Assembly (NCBI GenBank): GCA_964022095.1
Contig: CAXHZO010000002.1
Span: 313,819-377,818 of the forward strand
Length of the DNA: 64,000 nt
From: an uncultured Arcobacteraceae bacterium
Lineage (GTDB): Bacteria > Campylobacterota > Campylobacteria > Campylobacterales > Arcobacteraceae
Reading direction: 5' to 3'
A program made the translations under genes and the position numbers. This document shows positions 29,649 to 39,961 of the stretch, one piece after another; position 1 is the first letter of the stretch; each line of letters begins with the position of its first letter. The notes below the pieces were generated by a model. It made no database searches, was not told the origin of the DNA, and saw only the letters and a program-made list of their open reading frames with translations.

Positions 29649-30110
29649 ATGTTTGGAATGGGCTTTATGGAAATTTTATTAATTGCAGTTATTGCAATTA
29701 TTGCTTTAGGACCTGATAAATTACCAACTGCAATGGTAGAGGTTGCAAAGTTTATTAAAAAATTCAAATCTGGTTTAGATGATGCAAAATCTACTTTAGA
29801 TAGTGAATTAAATGTTAACGAAATGAAAGATCAAGCAAATAAATTTAAAGCTCAAATAGAAGATATGAAAACTTCTGTTAGTGATGAAAGTAAATTAAAT
29901 TTAGGTTTAGATGAAATTATGAATGATGAACCTAAACAAGATCAAGTAACTAAAGTTGATGCTGTATACGAAGAAAATTCTCAAGTTGAAAAACTAAAAG
30001 AAGAGAAAGAAAAAGAAAAAGTTTCATTTAAAAAGAAGAAAAAAGAGAAAAGTGGAACTGATAAATTTAAAGTAAAATTTGATGAAGATAAAAAAGAGGA
30101 TAATGTTTAA
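29649..30110 (+). CDS. tatB: Sec-independent translocase TatB
   Basis: MFGMGFMEI...LGPDKLP; ATG 29649 follows GGAG. Confidence 0.93.
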   Translation: MFGMGFMEILLIAVIAIIALGPDKLPTAMVEVAKFIKKFKSGLDDAKSTLDSELNVNEMKDQANKFKAQIEDMKTSVSDESKLNLGLDEIMNDEPKQDQVTKVDAVYEENSQVEKLKEEKEKEKVSFKKKKKEKSGTDKFKVKFDEDKKEDNV

Positions 30111-30844
30111 TGTTTGAAGATTTAAAACCTCATATTGCCGACCTTAGAAAGAGGCTTATGATTTCTGCTGCATCACTATTTGTGATGTTTCTTGCTTGTT
30201 TTTTCTTTTATGAACCAATTTTAAGCTGGATGATGGTTCCTGTTGAAGCTGTTTTACCACCTAATTCACAAATGGTAGCAGTTGAAATTCAAGAGACATT
30301 CTTTACTGCACTTAAAGTTGCGTTTTTTTCAGGTTTTATAATCTCATTACCAGTAATTTTTTGGCAAATGTGGCTGTTTTTAGCTCCAGGATTATATGAA
30401 CATGAAAAAAAGTTAGTAGTACCATTTGTATTTTTTGCAACATTAATGTTTTTAGTTGGTGCAGCATTTGCATATTATGTAGTTGTACCATATGGTTTTG
30501 AGTTCTTAGTTAATTTTGGTTCTGCTGTTGTTACGGTATTACCAAGTATTGGTAAGTATGTAGGATTTTTTACAAAACTATTATTTGGTTTTGGTATTGC
30601 ATTTGAGTTACCTGTAATTACATTTTTCTTAGCAAAAATTGGTTTAGTGGATGATCAGATGTTAAAGAACTTCTTTAAATATGCAATTGTAATTATATTT
30701 ATTGTAGCTTCACTTTTAACTCCACCAGATGTATTAACACAATTCTTAATGGCTGGACCTTTAATATTACTTTACATAGTATCAATCTATATTGCAAAAG
30801 TATTTAATCCTGCAGTAAAAGATGATGATGATGAGGAAGAGTAA
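30110..30844 (+). CDS. tatC: Sec-independent translocase TatC
   Basis: HIADLRKRL, FLAPGLYEHE, FELP, TPPD. Confidence 0.96.
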   Translation: MFEDLKPHIADLRKRLMISAASLFVMFLACFFFYEPILSWMMVPVEAVLPPNSQMVAVEIQETFFTALKVAFFSGFIISLPVIFWQMWLFLAPGLYEHEKKLVVPFVFFATLMFLVGAAFAYYVVVPYGFEFLVNFGSAVVTVLPSIGKYVGFFTKLLFGFGIAFELPVITFFLAKIGLVDDQMLKNFFKYAIVIIFIVASLLTPPDVLTQFLMAGPLILLYIVSIYIAKVFNPAVKDDDDEEE

Positions 30845-30846
30845 AA

Positions 30847-31872
30847 TTGCTTGACCCTTTAAAAACTTCTAGTTATGATTATGAATTACCAAAAGAGTTA
30901 ATTGCAACTCAACCAGTAAGCCCAGCAGACTCTGCTAGGCTTTTAGTTTACAATAGAACTACAGATACTATTTCTCACACTACTTTTAAAAATTTACTTA
31001 ACGTACTTCCAGAAGATATATCTATATTTTTAAATGATACAAAAGTTATTAAAGCAAGAATATTTGGGGAAAAGGCTTCTGGTGGAAAAGTTGAACTACT
31101 ACTAAATAAACCTTTGTTTATGGATAGATATCTTGTTATGACAAGAGGAAGAGTAAGAAGTATAGGTACTGAAATCTTTTTTGATAAAGGTTTAGTAGCA
31201 AAAGTTTTAGAACTAAATGAAGATGGTAGTAGAGTTGTTGAGTTTTTTAAAGATGATAAAAAACTTGATTTTCTTTCACTTGTAAATATATTAAACGATA
31301 TAGGTCATTTACCATTACCACCATATATGAATAGAGAAGATAATAAACAAGATGAAAAAGACTATCAAACACTATTTGCTAAAAACTATGGAGCAGTAGC
31401 AGCTCCAACTGCATCACTACATTTTACAGATGAATTATTTGGAAAATTAAAAGAGAATTTTCCAGTAAATTATCTGACACTTCATGTGGGAGCTGGTACA
31501 TTTAAACCAGTTGATGCAGAAGATATTTTAGAACATCCTATGCATAGTGAATATTTTGAAATTGGAATTGAGGCTAAAAAACAAATTGATACTGCTAAAA
31601 AAGTACTTGCAGTTGGAACAACTGTTACAAGAACAGTTGAATACTATGCAAGAACAAATAAAATACAAGGTGAATGTGATTTGTTTTTAAATCCAGCTAA
31701 CAAACCTATAAAAGTTGATCATTTATTAACAAACTTTCACTTACCAAAATCGACGCTAATTATGCTTATTGCATCATTTGTTGGATTAGAAAAAACACTA
31801 GAAATTTACCATGAAGCTGTAAAAGAAAAATATAGATTTTTCTCTTATGGTGATGGTATGCTAATTATATAA
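30847..31872 (+). CDS. queA: SAM:tRNA ribosyltransferase-isomerase
   Basis: LPPY, GAVAAPTASLHF, TLHVGAGTF, TNFHLPKST, YGDGM. Confidence 0.97.
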   Translation: MLDPLKTSSYDYELPKELIATQPVSPADSARLLVYNRTTDTISHTTFKNLLNVLPEDISIFLNDTKVIKARIFGEKASGGKVELLLNKPLFMDRYLVMTRGRVRSIGTEIFFDKGLVAKVLELNEDGSRVVEFFKDDKKLDFLSLVNILNDIGHLPLPPYMNREDNKQDEKDYQTLFAKNYGAVAAPTASLHFTDELFGKLKENFPVNYLTLHVGAGTFKPVDAEDILEHPMHSEYFEIGIEAKKQIDTAKKVLAVGTTVTRTVEYYARTNKIQGECDLFLNPANKPIKVDHLLTNFHLPKSTLIMLIASFVGLEKTLEIYHEAVKEKYRFFSYGDGMLII

Positions 31873-31882
31873 AAGGATTTAG

Positions 31883-32620
31883 ATGGCTTATTATGTATTA
31901 TTTGATACAGAAACAACAGGTAATCAAGAAGAAGATAGAGTAATACAATTTGGTGGAATGATTGTAGACCAAAAAGGAAAAGTTGAAGCTTATGATGAGT
32001 TTTGTAGTAGTGATGTTGAGATAAAAATAGAAGCAATGGAAGTTCACAATATTACGCCTGACCTACTAGAAGGGAAACCAAGTGCAACACAGACAACTTT
32101 TTATAAAAGATTAGAAGAGCTAAATACACCTGAAAACTATTTAATCGCTCACAATATTAAATTTGATATGGGAATGATAGAAAAAGAAGGTTTTGTAAAT
32201 CAATATCAAATAATTGATACTTTAAGATGTGCAAAACATTTATTTCCTGAAATGCCTTATCATAGATTACAATACTTAAGATATGCATTAGAACTATATA
32301 AAACTGAACAAGCAGAAGCAAATAAACATAATATTACTATAAAAGCACATGATGCAATTGGTGATGTACTCGTAATGAAACTATTTTTAACTAAACTTGT
32401 GAGTAGATGTAGAGAGATTTATCCAGATTATAATCCAATTGAAAAATTAGCTGATTTAACTAGAACTCCTGTATTTATTAAAACATTTAAATTTGGTAAA
32501 CATAAAGGTAGAGATATTGCTGATGTTGCCCAAGAAGATGCTGGATATTTAAATTGGATGAAAAGTAATATGGACCTTGATGAAGATTTAAGATATACTC
32601 TTGATAAAGTTTTAGGATAA
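31883..32620 (+). CDS. DEDDh 3'-5' exonuclease
   Basis: DTETTG, AHN..FD, AHDAIGD; C-terminal FGKHKG. Confidence 0.88.
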   Translation: MAYYVLFDTETTGNQEEDRVIQFGGMIVDQKGKVEAYDEFCSSDVEIKIEAMEVHNITPDLLEGKPSATQTTFYKRLEELNTPENYLIAHNIKFDMGMIEKEGFVNQYQIIDTLRCAKHLFPEMPYHRLQYLRYALELYKTEQAEANKHNITIKAHDAIGDVLVMKLFLTKLVSRCREIYPDYNPIEKLADLTRTPVFIKTFKFGKHKGRDIADVAQEDAGYLNWMKSNMDLDEDLRYTLDKVLG

Positions 32621-32702
32621 GTTATAAACTTATTCTAGACATCTGACAATATACCTTCTAAACAACTGTATAAACAATAGCAAAGCATAAAAGGATTTTC
32701 CT

Positions 32703-33458
32703 ATGCAAAAACTAACAACTGAAGGTCAAAACATCGTTAATGATCTTTCAAATAGATACAATTTAAGTACTGATGCAATCATATATATGATTGGTGCAGT
32801 AAATAATGGTGGTGGCTCTATGGCTCAATTCAACTGTCCAGAACTTGGTGGTGGCGGACAATGGATGAGAGGTGGAATGACTATGGTTGGAGATATGTTC
32901 AATAATGGTTTAAAAAATACTGTTGATAATCTTTGTAGTGAAATTTCTAATGCCCTTGCATCAACTATGATTTTTCCTGAAGCACCAAAAGGTACAATTA
33001 ATAGTAATCTATGGTGGCCAACAGAATTAGGAACACCATTTAGTAGCGGTGCTCAAAATAATACAAGATATGCAATTTTTCAAAATAGATTAGCAGTAGA
33101 TTATAATGGTCATGTTACTGTTTATGATACTTTGGACAATAATATCTCAGGTGTTAGTCAACAACAAGGTGGAAATGACTCTTTAACATTCTCAAGTCAA
33201 TATGGAAATATTTTAGTTTCATCATTACCAATTGTATCTGGGAACCAAAATAATCAACAAGCTCAAAATAATTTTATAGAGCCAACTTTAAACACAAATG
33301 AGCCAATTCAACAGCCAATAAACAATAATTCTACTTCAAATGAATCATCTGAAGATGTTTTTGTTTTAATTGAAAAGCTAGCTACACTTTTAAATTCTGG
33401 TGTATTAACACAAGATGAATTTGATACTAAAAAAGCTGAGTTACTATCAAGAATATAA
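32703..33458 (+). CDS. SHOCT-domain protein
   Basis: C-terminal IEKLA.L..SGVLT.DEF..KKAELL. Confidence 0.8.
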   Translation: MQKLTTEGQNIVNDLSNRYNLSTDAIIYMIGAVNNGGGSMAQFNCPELGGGGQWMRGGMTMVGDMFNNGLKNTVDNLCSEISNALASTMIFPEAPKGTINSNLWWPTELGTPFSSGAQNNTRYAIFQNRLAVDYNGHVTVYDTLDNNISGVSQQQGGNDSLTFSSQYGNILVSSLPIVSGNQNNQQAQNNFIEPTLNTNEPIQQPINNNSTSNESSEDVFVLIEKLATLLNSGVLTQDEFDTKKAELLSRI

Positions 33459-33476
33459 AAACAAGGTAGGAATTTC

Positions 33477-34169
33477 CTATCTTGTTAATACTTTAAATTT
33501 ACTATTTATTCCTAAAACTTCATATTTATAACCATGACCAAAATCTATATCTGTATTTAAAGTTCCAATTACAATTACACTATCACCTGGTTTTATTTTT
33601 TCGTCTTCATTTGGTGATCTAAAAATCACAGTTGATTTACCATCATAAATTTTTACCCAAGTATTACCCATAACTTTATTTGATACTTGAAGCACATCAC
33701 CTTGAACTTCTACATTTTTATTTTTTAATTTGTCTTTGTCTTCGTATAGTGATGAAATATCTGTTTTAATTGGTGTATCTTTTGATATTACTATACCATC
33801 GTTAAATTTTACATCAGGTTTAACTTCAGATTTTTCTTTTATCATATTTCCATGGATATTATGTATATCTAAATCTTTTCTTCCTGATTCTTGAGCAAAC
33901 ATTATCTTATCAAATGTTTTATTTAGTGCTTTACTTTTAAAATTTTTCATCCAAATTTGTTCATTGAATGTTATATTCTCCCCTACTTCTACATTTGAAC
34001 GTTGAATTGCAAGCCAATATTTTTCATTGTTCTCATCAACTTTTAAATAAGTATAAGCTCCAGCTGTTTTAGACTCAAGTACTTTAGCAGTATGTGGTTC
34101 ATTTAAAGCTAGAGCTTGATTTATACAAAGAAGTAATCCTAAGCAACCTACAGTGATTTTTTTGATCAT
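33477..34169 (-). CDS. Exported OB-fold / NrfJ-like protein
   Basis: Signal peptide; YTYLKV...WLA, F.SK.LNKTFDKI.F; DFG.GYKY. Confidence 0.65.
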   Translation of the reverse strand: MIKKITVGCLGLLLCINQALALNEPHTAKVLESKTAGAYTYLKVDENNEKYWLAIQRSNVEVGENITFNEQIWMKNFKSKALNKTFDKIMFAQESGRKDLDIHNIHGNMIKEKSEVKPDVKFNDGIVISKDTPIKTDISSLYEDKDKLKNKNVEVQGDVLQVSNKVMGNTWVKIYDGKSTVIFRSPNEDEKIKPGDSVIVIGTLNTDIDFGHGYKYEVLGINSKFKVLTR

Positions 34170-34324
34170 AATATTCCTTTTAGTGAATTTATGTTCATAT
34201 TTTAGCTAGTATAAAAACAAAAAATATTGATATAGATCATAAATCTATAAAAATAAGTTTTATTTTCATATTAATTTCATCAAATTTATATATAATCACA
34301 ATAAAATTACACAAAGGTTACTTC

Positions 34325-35662
34325 TTGACAAATAGGTTTTCAAAAGTAGGATTTATTTTAGCAGCTGCAGGTTCAGCTGTAGGTTTAGGAAATATATGGA
34401 AATTTCCATATATAGCTGGTGAGTTCGGTGGTGGTGCATTTGTAATAGTCTATTTACTATGTATTTTATTTATTGGTTTGACGGTTTTTATTGCTGAAAC
34501 ATATATTGGGCAAAGTGCTCAGTCTAATGTTGCAACTGCGTTTATTGATACTTCAAAAAACAAAAATCAAAATTGGAAATTTGCATCGTTTATGATTTTT
34601 GCAGGTTTAATTATACTATCTTTTTATTCTGTAGTATTAGGTTGGATTTTAAATTACGTAATTATTTCATTTGGTGCATTGCCAAGTGATACTAAAGTTG
34701 CTGCATCAACTTTTGAAAATCTTTTAGGAAATGAAATTCTTAAACAACTTATATATCATACTATTGTTTCAATTACTGTTTTATATATAGTTTTAAAAGG
34801 TATTAAAGCAGGTATAGAAAAAATCAATTTAATTTTAATGCCTTTACTAGCACTTATTTTGTTTGGCTTATTTTTATATGCATTTTCACTTGATAGTTTC
34901 TCAAAATCACTTGAGTTTATGTTTACACCTGATTGGTCAAAAATAAATCAAGATGCATTATTAGCAGCACTTGGTCAGGCATTTTTTACACTTTCTCTTG
35001 GAATTGGTACGATTTTAACATACTCTGCCTCTCTTCCAAAAGATGCTAATTTTGTAAAATCTTCTATAAATGTAGCTATCGTTGATACTTCTATTGCATT
35101 AATTGCTGGGTTAATTATATTTGCATTTTTATTTGAAGCTGGAGCAAAAAGTAGTGCTGGACCTGGACTTGTATTTATTTCTCTTCCTGTGATATTCTCA
35201 CAATGGGGAGTGCTAGGAAATGTTATTGCAATTTCATTTTTTGTTGCATTAATTTTTGCAGGAATTACATCAGCAGTTTCTATGATAGAACCATCACTTA
35301 GATTTTTTACGGAAAGATTTAAGATGACTAGAAAAAAAGCTACTATTATAACTGGATCAATATTTTACTCATTAGGTATTATTGCATTACTTTCTATGTC
35401 AAGTTCATATAAGGCATCTTTAACATTTTTTGGGAAGAATGCATTTGATTGGATGGATTATATAACATCTTCTATTTCTATGCCATTAGCAGCTATAGTT
35501 ACTTGTATATTCTTAGGATATTTTGTTGATAAAAATAGAATAAAACAAATTTTTGAAAAACATGTATCAACTTTTGTTTTTGAAGTATGGTATATCTTAG
35601 TTAAATATATTGTACCTATTGCTATTACATTACTTTTCCTAAATAAATTAGGTGTAATATAA
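34325..35662 (+). CDS. Neurotransmitter:Na+ symporter (NSS) family transporter
   Basis: GSAVGLGNIWKFPY, GQAFFTLSLG, AGPGLVF. Confidence 0.95.
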   Translation: MTNRFSKVGFILAAAGSAVGLGNIWKFPYIAGEFGGGAFVIVYLLCILFIGLTVFIAETYIGQSAQSNVATAFIDTSKNKNQNWKFASFMIFAGLIILSFYSVVLGWILNYVIISFGALPSDTKVAASTFENLLGNEILKQLIYHTIVSITVLYIVLKGIKAGIEKINLILMPLLALILFGLFLYAFSLDSFSKSLEFMFTPDWSKINQDALLAALGQAFFTLSLGIGTILTYSASLPKDANFVKSSINVAIVDTSIALIAGLIIFAFLFEAGAKSSAGPGLVFISLPVIFSQWGVLGNVIAISFFVALIFAGITSAVSMIEPSLRFFTERFKMTRKKATIITGSIFYSLGIIALLSMSSSYKASLTFFGKNAFDWMDYITSSISMPLAAIVTCIFLGYFVDKNRIKQIFEKHVSTFVFEVWYILVKYIVPIAITLLFLNKLGVI

Positions 35663-36880
35663 ATAAATATTAAAAAACACAGTAAGAAGGTTTAACAAAT
35701 AAAAAGCCTTCTTACTTCTTGTACTGAATAATGACACCAAAATAAATAGTATAAAAAACCAACTAGGTGTTATAACATCAAAAACATTAATCTTATAATC
35801 TATAAAAGATATCAAATATCCATCTAAAATAGAGCTAAAACCTAAAATATGTATAAGAATCTCAAATGGATAAAATACAGTAAATGCAATACTAATAAAT
35901 GGAGAAAATAATTGCTCATATGTTGTTTGGTAGAAAAAATAGTGAACTATTGGATTAAAAATAAAAAATATCCAGAAATTAAAAAATATTAGTTGAAAAT
36001 ACTTATTAACGTCAACAAAATATTTTAAATATAAAAATATATAAAATACAGCACTAATTGAAAACCAAAAACCAATTGAAAATAAATAGTTTGGAAAAAG
36101 TGTTATAACTGTTATTAAGGTAATACCTAATGTTTGGAAACTAATTATCTTAATATTATTGCGCAAAAGTACATAACCAATAACTAGCATCACAAAAGCC
36201 CTTAGTAAAGAAGGTATAAACCCTGTGAATATTAAATATAAAAATATTAAAGTTATTGTAAATAAAACTATATCTGCTTTTTTATTTCTATATGGAAAGT
36301 AGTATCTATGAATTAAGCTATAAGGATAATAAGAGATTATATATACTATAAAACTCAATACTGCAATATGAAAACCAGATAAGGCTATTAAATGGCTAAT
36401 AGAATAGTTTGTAAATACTTCTCTTAAGTTACTGTTAGTTGGAATTGCTAAAAATAATGCATTAAAAATCTCAGAGATATTGGAATTATAATGCATATCA
36501 GTAATTTTATTTGATAAATTTTGTCTAAATGTTGAAATATTCAATTTTTCATAGGATATATTCTTTGCATAAAAACCTTTTAAATAATCTAAAAAAGTAA
36601 TATGCTTTGTAATAAATATAATAGTTATATAATCAAGTTTATTTATTGAATTTTCTTTAGGAATTGATGTAAAAAATTCATAATTATCACTTTTTAATTT
36701 TAAAACATCATAATGTTGTTTTTCATAAATATTTAATACTTGAACTTTGTCTTTATAAACTTCTTCATAAACTAAATCTAAATATTTTGAAAAATATATT
36801 GATAAGTTAATAAAGAAAAACAGACTCATAAAAGCCATAAATACTAGTTTTTTATTGTTTAGAATGGAAAAAATAAACAT
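35648..36880 (-). CDS. comEC: ComEC/Rec2 competence membrane protein
   Basis: SHLIALSGFH, PSLLRA, GFWFS. Confidence 0.88.
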   Translation of the reverse strand: MFIFSILNNKKLVFMAFMSLFFFINLSIYFSKYLDLVYEEVYKDKVQVLNIYEKQHYDVLKLKSDNYEFFTSIPKENSINKLDYITIIFITKHITFLDYLKGFYAKNISYEKLNISTFRQNLSNKITDMHYNSNISEIFNALFLAIPTNSNLREVFTNYSISHLIALSGFHIAVLSFIVYIISYYPYSLIHRYYFPYRNKKADIVLFTITLIFLYLIFTGFIPSLLRAFVMLVIGYVLLRNNIKIISFQTLGITLITVITLFPNYLFSIGFWFSISAVFYIFLYLKYFVDVNKYFQLIFFNFWIFFIFNPIVHYFFYQTTYEQLFSPFISIAFTVFYPFEILIHILGFSSILDGYLISFIDYKINVFDVITPSWFFILFILVSLFSTRSKKAFYLLNLLTVFFNIYLYYT

Positions 36881-36949
36881 AAATATTATTATACATAAAT
36901 CTTATTTATATGATATAATTATTCTTCATACAAACACAAAGGATTTCCT

Positions 36950-37864
36950 ATGGGTGAAAAACTAGTTCTAGGTCCTTTATTATCAGTTGAAAGTGATGAT
37001 AAATATGTGGTATGTTTTTTAACTAAAACAGAATCAAGTTTTTCTGTTCAATTTAATGAAACTAAAATTGAAGCAAAGAAAATAGCTAATTTGAAATCTG
37101 GTTTTTTTTATAGAGTTTGTCATAATATTAAACAAACAGACAAATCTAAAAAAATTAATTATAAAATAATAGATACAAACTATGGTAGAGTTGTAAAAGA
37201 TTTTAACAATAGAAATAGTTGGGAGTTTTATATTCCTGCAATGAAAGAAAAAATCAAATATTTACAACTATCTGCGAATGAAATAACCAATATAAGTATC
37301 GAAGAGCTAACTCATTCTTACTCCTTATTACTGCTAGATGGTAATCATATAAATGCAAATAAAATATGGTCTGATATTACAGAGCTTTTTATTTGGACAA
37401 AACTTAATAAAACTCAAAGAGCCAAAGTAAAAACATCTAAAAAACTATTAGAAAAACTAAATAGATTTTATGAAATACAATATTTAAAAAAATGGAATAA
37501 CAAACACTTATCTTTAGCTCTTGCTTCTATTCCTACTTTAATGATGTGGGATAATAATGATATATTTGAAGGATATGAAGCATCATCTAAAGAGGTTTTA
37601 AATTGTGATATCTGTAAAAATATACTTAAAACAGCAAGAAAGTATTTTGAAATATTTCAATTAAGAACTATAAAAAATCAAACTTTAATAAAAAAAGATA
37701 GAACAGACTTCTCTTTAGCTTTTAAATTTCGAAACCAATATATAATAGCTTTAGATAAATTTTCGCAAGATAATAGATGTTTAAATATAGAAGAAAAAAA
37801 TATAGATTATTTTGGAGATAATACCACAGTTTTAGTATTAAATAAAAAGAAGAGAGCTTTTTAA
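36950..37864 (+). CDS. Degenerate, truncated PhoD-like (alkaline phosphatase D family) protein
   Basis: N-terminal LGPLL; PTLMMWDNNDIFEGY resembles the WDDHD motif with ligands substituted. Confidence 0.55.
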   Translation: MGEKLVLGPLLSVESDDKYVVCFLTKTESSFSVQFNETKIEAKKIANLKSGFFYRVCHNIKQTDKSKKINYKIIDTNYGRVVKDFNNRNSWEFYIPAMKEKIKYLQLSANEITNISIEELTHSYSLLLLDGNHINANKIWSDITELFIWTKLNKTQRAKVKTSKKLLEKLNRFYEIQYLKKWNNKHLSLALASIPTLMMWDNNDIFEGYEASSKEVLNCDICKNILKTARKYFEIFQLRTIKNQTLIKKDRTDFSLAFKFRNQYIIALDKFSQDNRCLNIEEKNIDYFGDNTTVLVLNKKKRAF

Positions 37865-39951
37865 GCCTTCTTCTTCCAAATTGACATTTGAGAAATTGTG
37901 TGTTGATATTTTCTATTTGTCTCTTTTATTACAAATGGAACATCAATAGTTTCAAGTAGTTCAAAACTTTCAAGTTCTGTTTTTAATGTGTCTAAAGTAT
38001 ATACTTCTTTGTTATCTTCAATATATCCACCAAGCCAATTTTGTTTTGGTGTATACTCTTCTAACCAAGTATATGGACTAAGTAGTACTAATAATCCATT
38101 ATCATTTATTCTAGTAGGAATATCTTCTAAGAACTTTTTTGGATAGTATAATCTGTCTATTAAGTTTGAACAGAAAATTAAATCATAACCTGTATATATA
38201 TCTTTTAAATTACAAGCATCCCCTTGCATAAATGAAACTTTTTCTTTAATATCTTCTAAACCTAACTGCTCTAAAGATACTGATTTATCATCAAATAACT
38301 CACCCTCTTTTTTAACTTTATAAATTAAAGAATCATATTTTTTTAGTTTAACTCCAACATTAATAAAGTTTGCACTAAAGTCAATCCCCATTACTTCATC
38401 AAATGTTTTTGCAAGTTCAAAAGTTGATCTACCAACTGAACATCCTAAATCAAGTGCTTTTGAAGTATTTATATCTTTTAAATATGGTTCTAATTGCTCA
38501 ACTGAGTTTACACAGAAGTTTTTAACTCCAAAGTTCTCTGCTCCATAATGGAATTCACAATATTGAGAAATAAGTTCATCTGTTTCATATACATTGTCGT
38601 TTAATTTTGTTCTATATTCGTTATTTGATTTCACGTATCTAAATCCTGCATGTTGGAAGAAATGCTTTCTAAAAGCATATCTAGCTTCTCTTAAGATCTC
38701 ATTTCCTAAAGAAATAAAAGATCCACCTTTTATAAGCGCGTGTCTATCATCAAAAGTTGGTGTAGTAAAATCATCATAAATTGGATGTGTTTCAAAATCA
38801 TCAAATGGATAAGTAGGAGTAATTGACCATTGCCAAATATTACCTACAACATCATAAAACTCATCAAATGCATATTTATTTACGGGGCTTTGATTAAACT
38901 GTTTAAGACCTATGTTTGCTTCTTTATTTTGTGCATTTACATAGTCATTTAATCTATAGTATTCATCTTCACTTGGAAGTCTAACTTCAAAACCTAACTT
39001 TTGTGATTTAAATTTACAAAATGCTTCTGCTTCATAAACATTTATATCAACTGGGTAATTAAGAGGTAAGGGAACTATTCTATTAATTTCTCTTAAAAAA
39101 TATTTATCATCTTCTTTTATCCAAAATGTGGGTTGCTTTGCTTGAGTGAAATCTAACCACTCTTTCCCTTCAATTGAAAATAATTCAGGGTTATTATATC
39201 CACCCTCTTTTACAAACTCTAAAAACTCACCATTTGAAACTAAGTACTTAGAAGCTTGGAAATCATTTATATATGATTTGTGAAATGAAAACTCATTATC
39301 CCAGCCATAATAAATAGGATTTTTTCTATCTTTTTCAATAATAACTTCTCCACCTTTTACATCTAATAATTCATTTTGTGGATAAGAATCACTTTGTTCA
39401 CTTCCATATGCAAATATTTCATCATTTGATAAATATTTAATATCTAACTCTCTTAAAAGAACTGATGATGTCTCTATATGGATATTCTCATGTTCAATCC
39501 CCATCATAATAATCCACATAGGAGATTCCCAATTAATAGGCATTGTAAACTCAATAGTATCTATAAGATTTAATATAATTTGTTTTACTTGATCTCTATA
39601 TGCTTTAACTTCTTCAAAGGTTGGCCACTTGTAATGATTCTTTTCTAAATCATCCCAACTCATCTCATCAACACCAATTGCAAAAATTGATTCGTATTCT
39701 TTATTTACTCTATCTTTTAATATATTTGCTAAAATTAATTTATTTATAAAAAATGTTGCTGTGTGTCCATAATAAAACATTAATGGATGTCTTAATCTAT
39801 TTGGTTGTTTGTATATAAAATCTTTTTGCTTTAATAAATCAAATAGTTTTTCATCTAATTCATAAGTTTGAACAAAATATTTTTTTATCTCTTCTCTTTT
39901 TTCTTCTATCGTTCCAACACTCAAATTTACGCTTTTAGATATATAATTCAT
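37861..39951 (-). CDS. ovoA: 5-histidylcysteine sulfoxide synthase / methyltransferase (ovothiol biosynthesis)
   Basis: LRHPLMFYYGHTA, GVDEMSWDD, HX3HXE iron motif (HENIHIE), FGE-sulfatase domain, FRKHFFQHAGFRY, C-terminal SAM MTase (LDLGCSVGR, NLIDRL, SPYTW). Confidence 0.93.
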   Translation of the reverse strand: MNYISKSVNLSVGTIEEKREEIKKYFVQTYELDEKLFDLLKQKDFIYKQPNRLRHPLMFYYGHTATFFINKLILANILKDRVNKEYESIFAIGVDEMSWDDLEKNHYKWPTFEEVKAYRDQVKQIILNLIDTIEFTMPINWESPMWIIMMGIEHENIHIETSSVLLRELDIKYLSNDEIFAYGSEQSDSYPQNELLDVKGGEVIIEKDRKNPIYYGWDNEFSFHKSYINDFQASKYLVSNGEFLEFVKEGGYNNPELFSIEGKEWLDFTQAKQPTFWIKEDDKYFLREINRIVPLPLNYPVDINVYEAEAFCKFKSQKLGFEVRLPSEDEYYRLNDYVNAQNKEANIGLKQFNQSPVNKYAFDEFYDVVGNIWQWSITPTYPFDDFETHPIYDDFTTPTFDDRHALIKGGSFISLGNEILREARYAFRKHFFQHAGFRYVKSNNEYRTKLNDNVYETDELISQYCEFHYGAENFGVKNFCVNSVEQLEPYLKDINTSKALDLGCSVGRSTFELAKTFDEVMGIDFSANFINVGVKLKKYDSLIYKVKKEGELFDDKSVSLEQLGLEDIKEKVSFMQGDACNLKDIYTGYDLIFCSNLIDRLYYPKKFLEDIPTRINDNGLLVLLSPYTWLEEYTPKQNWLGGYIEDNKEVYTLDTLKTELESFELLETIDVPFVIKETNRKYQHTISQMSIWKKKA

Positions 39952-39961
39952 ATTTTCCCTT

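Noticed and set aside
34258-34275. 17-bp match to the reverse complement of ~51351-51367 as a shared regulator site
   Set aside because: The match is almost entirely A/T, so such matches are expected by chance in this base composition.
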